The position numbers and the translations under genes are program-made. Positions 23,594 to 34,401 of a stretch of DNA of 64,000 bases are shown piece after piece. This DNA comes from Fonticula alba ATCC 38817 (lineage: Eukaryota; Protista; Nucleariida), in the NCBI GenBank assembly GCA_000388065.2, contig KB932207.1; one strand, 5' to 3'. The stretch's first letter is position 1. The number at the start of each line of letters is the position of its first letter. Below the pieces are notes generated by a model. The model was given only the letters and a program-made list of their open reading frames with translations, did no database searches and was not told the DNA's origin.

Positions 23594-26500
23594 TGCGCTC
23601 CTTTCATGGGTCCCTCTTTGGCGCACATCGCCCCTTCGCAACTCCCTCTTGTCCCCCCCCCCCCGCCGCCCGATCTCTGACCTTGGTGCCGTCACCCACA
23701 GAACACCCGCATCAACGGTGCCATCCAGCTGTACAATGTCGACCGGTCGATCTCCCAGCCGATCGAGGGCCACGTCGGTACCTTCGCCACCTTCAAGATG
23801 GACAACAACCCCCACCCGACCAAGGTCTTTGCCTTCGCCACTCGCAGCGCCTCCAGCTCCATGCTCTGCATCCTGGAGATCGACCCGTCCGAGGGCAACG
23901 CCGCCTACCAGAAGAAGCAGATCCCGCTGAACTTCTCCCCGGAGATCCCCTCCGACTTCCCGATGGCCCTGCATGCCTCGAGCCGCTACAACATGCTCTT
24001 CATGCTGACCAAGTATGGCTTCCTGCATGTGTTCGACATTGAGACCGGCACCCAGATCTTCCTGAACCGCATCTCCTCCGAGACCGTGTTCATCGCCACG
24101 GATCAGCCCTCCACCGGTGGTCTTGTGGCCATCAACAAGAAGGGCCAGGTCCTGTCGGTCAGCATCGACGAGCAGCAGATCGTCCCCTACATCATCAACA
24201 CCCTCAAGCGCAATGACCTGGCCATTCGCGTTGCCTCTCGCTGCAACCTCTCCGGTGCCGACAGCTTCTTCAGCACCCAGTTCGAGAACCTCTTCCAGCG
24301 CGGTAGCTACCTGGATGCGGCTCGCATTGCCGCCTCCTCGCCCAAGGTGCGTGCGCAGGCGGCTCGGGGATTGGCCCCTCCTCCCCTCCCCTCCCTGCTT
24401 TTCTCTCTGTCCCCCCCCCTCGCCCCCTCGCCCCCTCGCCCCATCCCACTTTCTTCCCTTTCGCCATGTGTGCACTCAATGTGTCACGGGCGGTGTCTCG
24501 GCGGGGCCGTCATGCGCGCCCGCATATCTCACGGCCAAGGTGTCACCAGCACCACTGACCACAGGCATCCCNNNNNNNNNNNNNNNNNNNNNNNNNNNNN
24601 NNNNNNNNNNNNNNNNNNNNNNNNNNNNNNNNNNNNNNNNNNNNNNNNNNNNNNNNNNNNNNNNNNNNNNNNNNNNNNNNNNNNNNNNNNNNNNNNNNNN
24701 NNNNNNNNNNNNNNNNNNNNNNNNNNNNNNNNNNNNNNNNNNNNNNNNNNNNNCCCCCCCCCCCCGCGCATCCCCATGACCACAGGGCTTCCTCCGCACT
24801 CCGCAGACCATCGAGCGCTTCAAGCAGCTGCCCACCCCCCCGGGCCAGCCGTCCATCCTCCTGCAGTACTTCGGCATCCTGCTGGAGCGCGGCCAGCTGA
24901 ACCGCTTCGAGTCCATGGAGCTCGCCCGGCCGGTGCTGCTCCAGGGCAAGAAGGAGCTCCTGGAGAAGTGGCTCAAGGAGGACAAGCTCGAGTGCACCGA
25001 GGAGCTGGGTGATGTCGTGCGTCAGCATGACCTGAACCTGGCCCTGTCGGTGTACCTGCGGGCCAATGCCTCCAACAAGGTCATCGCCTGCTTCATGGAG
25101 CAGGGCCAGTTTGCCAAGCTCCTGCTTTACGCCAAGAAGGTCAACTACCAGCCGGACTACCAGTTCCTCCTGTCGACCATCCTGCGCTCCAACCCGGAGA
25201 AGGGTGCCGAGTTTGCCGGGCTCCTGGCCAAGGATGAGGCCGGCCCGCTGCTGGACCACGAGGCCGTGGTCGATGCCTTTGCCTCGTATCACCTGGTGCA
25301 GCAGGCCACCTCCTACCTGCTGGAGGTGCTGAAGGACAACCTCGAGTCTCAGGGGCACCTGCAGACTCGCCTGCTGGAGATGAACCTCCTGGGCGGGCAC
25401 CCGCAGGTGGCCGACGCCATCATCGGCAACTGCATGTTCACGCACTACGACCGGGCGGCCGTGGCCCAGCTGTGCGAGAAGGCCCAGCTGTACCAGCGCG
25501 CCCTGGAGCACTACACCGACATCTACGACATCAAGCGCACCATCGTCCACACGACCCTGCTCCAGCCGGAGTGGCTGCTCAACTACTTTGGCACCCTGTC
25601 GGTGGAGCAGTCCCTGGACTGCCTGCGTGAGATGCTCAAGGTCAACATGCGCCAGAACCTGCAGACGGTCATCCAGATCGCCATCAAGTACTCCGAGCAG
25701 CTGACCGCCAAGAGCCTGATCGAGATGTTCGAGTCCTTCAAGTGCTCCGAGGGGCTGTACTACTACCTCGGGTCGATTGTCAACTTCTCCCAGGAGCCGG
25801 AGGTCCACCTGAAGTACATCCAGGCCGCCACCAAGACCGGGCAGCTGAAGGAGGTGGAGCGCGTTGTGCGCGAGTCCAACTGCTACGACCCGGAGGCCGT
25901 CAAGAACTTCCTCAAGGAGGCCAAGCTGAGCGACCTGCGCCCGCTGATCATCGTGTGCGACCGCTTCGACTTCGTCCAGGACCTGGTGCTGTATCTGTTC
26001 AAGAACAACATCCAGCACATCAATGTCTATGTGCAGAAGGTCAACCCCAGCCGGACCCCGGCCGTGGTGGGTGCCCTGCTGGACCTCGACTGCGAGGAGG
26101 CCTTCGTGCGCAACATCATCAAGACCGTCACCGGGACCTACTCCTTCGAGCAGCTGGTCGAGGAGCTGGAGAAGCGCAACCGCCTCAAGCTGCTGAATGC
26201 CTTCCTCGAGCAGAAGGTCAGCGAGGGTTCCACCGACCCGGCCGTGCACAATGCCCTGGCCAAGATCTATGTCGACAGCAACACCAACCCGGAGGCCTTC
26301 CTGCGCGAGAACAAGTACTACGACAGCCTGGTGGTTGGTAAGTACTGCGAGAAGCGCGACCCGTACATGGCCGTGCTGGCTTACGATCGTGGCCATTGCG
26401 ACTATGAGCTGATCGATGTGTGCAATGAGAACAGCCTCTTCAAGCAGCAGGCCCGGTACCTGGTCCGCCGCCAGGACCCGGCCCTGTGGGAGCATGTGCT

Positions 26501-28679
26501 CAAGCCGGATAACACCTTCCGCCGGCAGCTCATCGACCAGGTCGTGCAGACGGCCCTCATCGAGTCTCAGAACCCGGATGAGGTGTCGCTGGCGGTCAAG
26601 TGCTTCATGGCCGCGGATCTGCCCAACGAGCTGATCGAGCTGCTGGAGAAGATTGTCCTGGAGAACTCCATCTTCTCGGAGAACCGCAACCTGCAGAACC
26701 TGCTCATCATGACCTCCATCCGGGCGGATCACTCCCGTGTCATGGAGTACATCCAGAAGCTGACCAACTACGATGCCCCGGACATTGCCAACATCGCCAT
26801 CCAGAATGGCCTGTACGAGGAGGCCTTTGTGGTCTTCAAGAAGCATGATGTCCATGCCATGGCCGTCGATGTGCTGCTGGATTACATCAAGTCCATTGAG
26901 CGTGCTTGCGAGTTTGCCGAGCTCGTCGACGAGCCGGAGGTCTGGTCCAAGCTCGGCCGGGCCCAGCTCCGCGCCGACCAGATCAAGGAGGCCATCGACT
27001 CGTACATTCGCGCCAACGACCCGACCAACTACACCGAGGTCATTTCCTGCGCCCAGCGTACCGGTCGCTATGAGGACATGATCCGCTTCCTGCAGATGGC
27101 CCGCGTGACCCTGCGCGAGGCGCACATCGAGTCGGAGCTGGTCTTCGCCATGGCCAAGACCGATCGCCTGGCCGATCTGGAGGAGTTCGTCAACAGCCCG
27201 AACATTGCCCAGGTGCAGGTTGTCGGCGACCGGTGCTTCGAGGAGGGGCTCTACGAGGCGGCGCGCATTCTCTTCAACAGCGTGTCCAACTATGCTCGTC
27301 TGGCCCAGACCCTGGTGCACCTGAAGGAGTTCCAGGCCGCCGTGGATGCCGCCCGCAAGGCCAGCTCCACTCGCGTGTGGAAGGACCTGCTGCATGCGTG
27401 CGTTGCTTCGAAGGAGTTCCGCCTGGCGCAGATTTGCGGTCTCAACCTGATTGTCCATGCCGAGGAGCTGGACAGCGTCATCCGGCTGTATGAGAACCTC
27501 GGCCACTTCGACGAGCTGATGGGCCTGCTGGAGGCCGGTCTGACCAATGAGCGTGCTCACATGGGCATGTTCACCGAGCTGGCCATTCTCTATGCCAAGT
27601 ACCAGCCTGCCAAGGTGATGGAGCACCTGAAGCAGTATTGCGCTCGGGTCAACATCCCGAAGGTCATCCGCGCGTGCGAGACCGCTCACCTGTGGGCCGA
27701 GCTGGTCTTCCTGTACATCCGCTACGATGAGTTTGACAATGCCGTGCAGACCATGATGAGCCACCCGGCCCAGGCCTTCTCCCATGCCCAGATGAAGGAC
27801 ATCCTGCCGAAGGTGGCCACCATCGAGCTCAACTACAAGGCCCTGGCCTTCTACATTGAGTACCAGCCGCTGGCCATCAATGACCTGCTGAGCGTGGTCA
27901 GCTCGCGCATTGACCACTCGCGTGTGATTGCCCTCTTCCAGAAGAACGGCCTCATTGCCCTGGTCAAGCCGTACCTGGTCACCACCCAGGCCCTGAACCT
28001 GAAGGTGGTCAATGAGGCCCTCAACCAGATCCTCATCGAGGAGGAGGATGTCGAGGCCCTGCGCAAGTCCATCGACACCTACACCTCCTTCGACAACATC
28101 CACCTGGCCCAGCAGCTGGAGAAGATGGAGCTCCTGGAGTTCCGCCGTCTGGCCGCGCATCTGTACAAGATGAACAAGCGCTACCAGCAGTCTGTGGAGC
28201 TGTCCAAGCAGGACTCCCTGTACCGGGATGCCATTCTCACCGCGGCCGGGAGCCGCGATTCGGCCGTCGTCGAGACCCTGCTGCACTTCTTCATTGAGAA
28301 GGGCGACCGCGAGTGCTTCGCCGCCGTGCTCTTCTCCTGCTACGATCTCCTGCGCCCGGATGTGGTCCTGGAGCTGGCCTGGCGCAATGGCTACATGGAC
28401 ATGGCCATGCCGTTCATGATTCAGACCCTGCGTGAGTGCACCACCAAGATCGACCAGCTGGAGACCGCCGAGCGTGAGCGCGCCGCCCGCGAGAAGGAGC
28501 AGCAGACCTCCGAGGCCCAGATCTCGATGGCCGCTCCGGGCCATCCGCTGATGCTCACTGGCCCTGGTGGCATGATGATGCCTCCGGCCCTGCCTGCTCC
28601 CCCGGGCATGATGATGGCCCCGCCTCATGGCGGTGTTGGCCACCCTCAGATGGGCGGCCACCCGACTGGGTTCTTCTGA
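22538..28679 (+). CDS. CHC1: Clathrin heavy chain, 5 exons (22538-22585, 22849-about 23051, about 23246-23510, about 23702-24346, 24786-28679)
   Basis: N-terminal propeller: [57 protein letters not shown]. Followed by [29 protein letters not shown] repeats, [23 protein letters not shown] and LELAWRN...MPFMIQ. Ends in a Pro/Met-rich tail. Confidence 0.99.
23541..23592. repeat. (ACGC)n tetranucleotide microsatellite, about 13 copies, in a clathrin intron
   Basis: Direct reading of the sequence. Confidence 0.9.
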
Positions 28680-29723
28680 AGGGGGCCGGAGCATGCCGAC
28701 TGTGCGCGCGCGTACGCGCGCGCACACACACGGCGCCCCCTCCTCCCCCCCGGCGAGCCAGCGAGCGAGGCCGAGACAGGAGCGCGTGCGGAAGGCTGGC
28801 GAGCGGCCTGGAGCCCGCCTGTGTGTCAACATCTGTGAGAGCTCCCTCTCTCCTCCTTTCTCCCTCTGCCCCTCTCTCTCTCTCTCGCTCTCCTGTCGCC
28901 GCCGTCGCGTCCCCCTTCTCCCATCTTTCCTACATCTCCCCTGTTTTTCTCCTCTTCTTCCGGAACAATGTTGTGCAAACCCACGCCACCCATTTTTCGC
29001 ATTCCCCTCCCTCCCTCTGGGGGGTCTGGGTGTTTCTCTTTGGCCCGGCGGCCACGCGACGTGGGGGGAAAGAGGGCCAGCGCCGGGGGGAGGTGGCCGA
29101 ATCTGACGTGTTTCTTCTTGTGGTCCAGGGGGGGCGTGACCGGGCAGGAGGGACGGTGCCCTGCCAAAGCATACCCACGCCGGGGCGCACCCCTGCAGGA
29201 CCGTCATTCACACACGCGCCCCCCTCTTATTTTTTTGCTTTCCTCACAACTACAAAGCTGGGCGTCTTCTTTTCAGGGCAAAAGTACATTTCGTCGGAGG
29301 GAGGGACGCAGAGGGGGAGAAGAGAGGAATATATAGTGTACACATGGGGGGGGGGTTGCTGCGACGGCCACTTTTTTTGGGCACGCGCGCGCGAATGGAA
29401 ACAAGGACAAGGGGGAGGGGAGGAAGAGGAGCTGGGATGTGGCTTGGCGAGAGAGGGAGAGCAAGCGGGAGGGGGGAGGACACAGGTGTGCGATGGGCGC
29501 ACCCCGGCAGCAGCAGGGGCGCTCTAAGTGTGCATCTCTATCTCGAAGCCGTCCGCCGGCGTGCCCGCCGTTGCCCGGGGCCGGGGGGAGGGGGGGGGGG
29601 GGCGAGACGTGGTGGCAGGGGGCCCTGTGTGTGTTCCCCCTCGGACACGCTCTCGATCTCTCGATCTTGTGCAAGACACAGAGCATGACCAAACCAAAGC
29701 AGGCGGCCGGGCGCGCCGCGCCA

Positions 29724-32700
29724 TCACAGAATGACCGGGGCATTGTTGTGCGCGGTGCGCTGGCGAATGGCCTGCGTCTCGATGCGGGTCTTCTCGGTCT
29801 TGAAGGCGGTGGTGGTGGCCTTCTTGGTGGCGCGGCGGACAGAGCGCTGCTCCTTGATGGCCTTCTTGCGGGCGCGCTTCTCCTCGGGCGTCTCGTCCCG
29901 GGGCCGGGCGGCGACCGCGGGGCCCGTGTCGTAGCTGGCATAGTAGTCCTCGTAGTCATCGCCGCCATCCTCCTGATCGTAGCCCTCCTCGGCGGCATAG
30001 TCATCGGGGTAGCTGTCAATGGCAGCAGCAACCGGGGCGGCCGACGACGGCGGCTGGTCGACCGCCGCGGCGGCGACGGCAGCACCCCCCTTGCGCTGGG
30101 ACGACTCCTGGCGAGCCTGGGCCCGGAAGTGCTGGATGTTGCGGAAGCCACCGATCGGCACACCAGACCGGCCGATCTTGATCTTGATGGCCGGCGCCGG
30201 CGCCGGCGCCAGGCCGAACCCGGAAGACGACCGGCCACCACCGAGGCTCTCGACCGAGGTCATGCGGCGCTGCTGGTGCCGGGACTCACTCAGGACCGAC
30301 GGCCGGTTGCTGATGTTCGAGTAGGTGGAGAGGATACTCTCGCAATCGAACTCGGCCTCCTTCTGGCGCGGCTCGACCTCCACCTCCTCATGCTCATCCG
30401 GCAGGTTGCCAGACTCGTCCACGGTCTCGGCGTACTTGGTGATGTAGCGCGCGACGTCCTGCTGCAGGAGGGCCGCCGAGGCGGCGGCAGCCTCCGGGGA
30501 GATGGCGGACTGCTGCTGCTGCTGCTGCTGGGCGCCGGTGGCCGGGGACTCGGCCGGAGCCGATGCCGAGGCGGGGCCCGGGGTCGCCATGGCCTCAAGG
30601 GCACTGCCGCGCAGCCGCTCCAGGCCGACGAGACCCTTGTCCGCGGCACTACACAAGGCACACAGGGGGCGAGGAAAATGCAAGAGAGCGGCATGCAGCC
30701 CCGCGAACATGGCGCGTCAGCATGGAGAGAAAAAAGACAGAGACGCCACACGCGCGAGAAAGGGGGAAGGAGAAGCAGGCCGGCCGGAGGGCAGCACGAC
30801 AGAGGGAGGGAGAGGGGACTTCCCTCACGCGGGCTGCGCCACACGCCAACGGGATGCCCTGGCGCCCTGTTGCCGCCGCCTCTCTCGCGCATACACGCAC
30901 TGCTCTCCAGGATTCAATTCTTGAATGGAACAGAGGACATGGAGAGGAAAGAGCGCACACGCGGAGAGAGAGAGAGGCGGACACAGTGCGCTCCCGATCC
31001 CGGGCAGCGGCGGAGCGCGCCGCTCTCCCCCCCGCTGCCGCGCCCTCCCCGTCAACCATGTGTGGACGGAAAAGAAAGCCCACACCGCAACCCGGGCCCC
31101 GGCCCTGCCCCCCCCCCGCGCCCAGCAAATCGAACGCCCACCACACCCCCGCCCTCGGCGAATGAGGGTGAAAGGAAAAAGCACGCACGCCTTGCGCTTG
31201 GCCGTCAGGAACTCGTCCAAAATCGACTCGTAGCGCGCCATATCGGCGTGCCCCATGACCGTGGGGTCTTCCTCATCCAGCTCGCCGATGTCGCCGACAT
31301 CGTACTCGTTGAGCAGCTGCTCGAAGCGGTCATCGAGGAAGCGGAGGGACTCGGTGCGCGCCAGCGAGGCCGATGTGGTCGTCATGACGGTGCGGCTGTC
31401 GAAGTACCGGTCATTGTCGCCATCGGCGAAGCGCACCGAGCGCCGGGCCGGGTGCCGACCGCCATCAAAGTCGAAGTCGCCATACTCCTCGTCGTCGTCG
31501 AACTCGTCGTCGTCGAACTCATCGCTGAAGCCCAAGTCCGAGCGCGAGTCATGGCCGGCATTCACGGAGCCAGAGCCATCCTCATCGCTGTACCCGCCGC
31601 CGCTGCCATGGGCGTCCAGGTCCGAATCACCGCCGGGGTAGTACTCCTCCTCGCCGTGGATCGGGTTGCCGAACTCGTCCACATGATCGGCCATCATGAG
31701 CCGGCGGATCTCATCATCATCGGGCATGGCGCCGGGGCCGGTGGCGGCGCGGCTGGCCTTGGCCTCGGCCCGCTGGCGCGCCCGGTCCTCGGCCGTCGGC
31801 TTGGCGTCGGCCTTGGCGAAGAAGTCATCCTCGAAGTCCCCGTCCACCAGGTACTCCTCGTCGTCCAGGGCTTCCAGGACCTCGAGGATGTCCTCGCTCA
31901 GGTCCGGCCGCGGGCCACCGACGGAGCCGAGCTTGCCGTAGGTACCGAGCTCCGGCACAAAGGCACCCCGGGTCTTGGCATACTCGACCGCCGAGTAGGA
32001 CGCCGGCAGGATGTCGCTCGGGAGGTTGAGGCGCTCGACCTCGGCACGAGTCAGGGCCGCACGATCGCCGCCGGAGCCCGGGGCCGCGCTGTCACGCAGA
32101 GTGAAGCCGCCATCGCCACGGACGCGGGTGGGCTCGGCGCCCTTGGCCGCGATGAACACAGCCCCCGGGCCACCAACCATCGGCCGGAGATGCTGCATGT
32201 AATTGTAGTCACGATCATCGAAGAAGATGCCGTACTTGGCCGCCTCACCGGGGACATGGCTAAGAGGGGGGAGAGAGAGAGAGAGGAAGAAGTGTGAGTA
32301 TGAGCAGGGGGGTGGGAGAAAGGCCAGGGGAAGGGGGGGAGAGAGAGAGAGAGAGAAAGAGGAGAGAGCTGGGCGTAAGATAACTAAGGAAGGCCCGTTT
32401 GTCGGAGCACGGATGCCACACGGCCCCCCATGAAGGGAGGAGCGCGACACACGGCCCACCACAAGGACCGAAGACCTTCCAACTCAAATCCACGCAACCC
32501 GGAAAGGCCGAAGGCGCCGTCAACTTAGAACAAGAAGACGCCGCCAGGCCGTGGGATCCGGGAATTAATGTCCCATCGAAGTAACGAACCGCTGGGTGGG
32601 TGGTGGCGTCGACGAGTCGTCGACACCTCCCAGACGGCCCTGACTATTCAATGGAGCAGGAGAAGGAGGGGAGGAGATGGCGAGAAGGGGGACATTCAGG

Positions 32701-33248
32701 CGCGAGCGGGCAAACATACCGCCGAACGGGCGCTCGGTCACGGTGGCGGCGCGGGGCCGCCAGGTCGTCATCATCCCCATCGGGGTGGGCATCCGGGCCG
32801 TCGATCTCGAAGTCCGGCTCAAAGGCCTCCTCCTCGTCGTCATCGAAGTCCACGCCGCCGAGACGCGCGATCAGATCGTCGTCAAGCTCCCCGTCGGAAT
32901 CCAGCAGATCCTGCTCGTCATCGGAGCCGGCATACCTCGAGGCTGCCTCGCTGTCCAGCTCGGACAGGCGCTGGGCATCCTTCCGGCGATTGCGATTGCC
33001 GGACACCACCGGCACGAGGACGCGCTCCGGGGCATCCACATCATGGTACAGCGGGTCGTGGCTGTCGCGATGGACGAGCGAGAAGGTGATGCCCTTTTCG
33101 CGCTTCGGTCTCGGGCCCTGTCGTGGTCGGGCAATCGCGAGGGAACAAGGCGCCGGTCAGTCAGCGTCAAGCGGGGGCAGGAGACAGCGGGGACAGTGGG
33201 AAAAGAAGACCGGCCGGCCGGGGGGCGCGAAAATCAAGGACGAACCAT
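29724..33248 (-). CDS. LTV1: Ltv1 pre-40S export/assembly factor; exons ATG (33248-33246), 33117-32720, optional 32643-32590, 32259-about 31189, about 30650-29724
   Basis: M|GPRPKREKGITFSLVHRDSHDPLYHDVDAPERVLVP; GEAAKYGIFFDDRDYNYMQHLR; LRFLDDRFEQLLNEYD; FDCESILSTYSNISNRP; RPRDETPEEKRARKKAIKEQRSVRRATKK. These match the characteristic Ltv1 blocks. Confidence 0.94.
32388..32565 (-). ncRNA. Candidate structured intronic RNA (two long stem-loops) in the LTV1 intron; family unidentified
   Basis: Manual pairing on the minus strand. Rod A: CCCGGA/UCCGGG, GGCC/GGCC, GGCG/CGCC, CGUC/GACG. Rod B: GGAAGGUCU/GGGCCUUCC, UCGG/CCGA, GUCGCGC/GUGUGGC, CCUCCC/GGGGGG. The G-U pairs work only on the LTV1-sense strand. 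Confidence 0.4.
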
Positions 33249-33572
33249 GGTGACGGTCGGGCTAGAGCGGAGAGGGAGAGGGGGGAAGGGAAGAAACAGA
33301 CAGCAGGGACGCTAGACAAACAGGCGCCTGAGAGGGAGAGGGAGGGAGAGAGAGAGAGACGAGACAGCAGAGAGGAAGATATGTCCGGCTGAGGGAGGGC
33401 TCTCTGGAGGGGGGAGGGGAGAAATACGTTCAGAAGTGTACGGGGGGGCCCTTTTGCCGGCCCAGCGCGGCAGCCAGCCCCCCTGGGGGGATTTAAATAT
33501 GCCCAGCGCCCGGATATCCCCCCTCCACGCCGCTCGGGAGAGGGGCGCCCCGCGCCTGCGCACTCGCACCCG

Positions 33573-33624
<52 letters not shown>

Positions 33625-34401
33625 CCAGCACACTCGAGCCCCCCGCCTGGGGGCACGGGCGCGGGTCGTCGGGGGGCACACGGCGGGCCTGGTGCACCCG
33701 GGCAGGGCGGGGGGGGAGGGGGGGGGGGGGGGCGCTCAGGCCCACGCGGCCGGTCCACGAGACACACACGCACCCCACCCGCACTCGGCGCCGGGGATGA
33801 AGCGCCTGTCCCCCGGGCCAGTGAAGGGCCAGGTCCCCCCGGCCCAGGCGTCGGCCGGCATGAGGGTGCGCCGGCCCACGCACCTCGGTCCACATGGGAC
33901 AGAGCGGCCCAATAGTGGCCAGGCCAAAAATGCAACAGACGACTCTGGCCACCCGGCCGGCAGGGGGGGAGGGGCGAAAACGCGGCCACCCGGGGCAGCG
34001 CTCGGCATGAATGGCACACAAGGTCGCAAATGCCATTGCGCATTTCGAGCATTGCGATCCCACGCGACCTTCACACTTTCGGTATGCCGAGGCCCGCCAT
34101 TTTTGCCTCGCGCCATGTGCCAGGTGGAGCACGCCCCCCCCCTCGGCCCGGGAGATCGGTCTGATCCCCTCTACGCCCCCGGGGGATGCCCTGTCCCAGG
34201 CATCTGGTCGTGAAACGGGCCCCGAGGGCAGTCCACCAGTCAGGGACAGGTGCCCCCCTTTCCCCCCCCCCCCACCCACCTCAAACAACCCCACAAGGGA
34301 GTCCGCCCTTGTGGCCATTCAGCCTCCCGGAATCGCGCAAGCCTCTCCTCCCCTCCCCCCAGCTCCTCCTCGTCCCGCTTGCCGCCTTCCTTGCCATCAA
34401 G

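Noticed and set aside
24543-29207. 1554-aa minus-strand ORF, and similar long ORFs at 14650-16221, 17309-18706, 29439-32297 and 36300-38876
   Set aside because: These are antisense shadows of CHC, ACLY, LTV1 and TRM3. High GC3 codon bias removes stops on the opposite strand, and they contain no recognisable motifs.
32388-32650. Identification of the LTV1 intronic structure as RNase P/MRP, telomerase RNA, U3, SRP or an H/ACA snoRNA
   Set aside because: GGAAGGUC resembles RNase P CR-I but pairs locally only about 80 nt away, with no matching CR-V. There is no CUAACCCU template, no C/D boxes and no SRP helix-8 motif. ACAUUA (H-like) and ACA are not positioned at hairpin bases.
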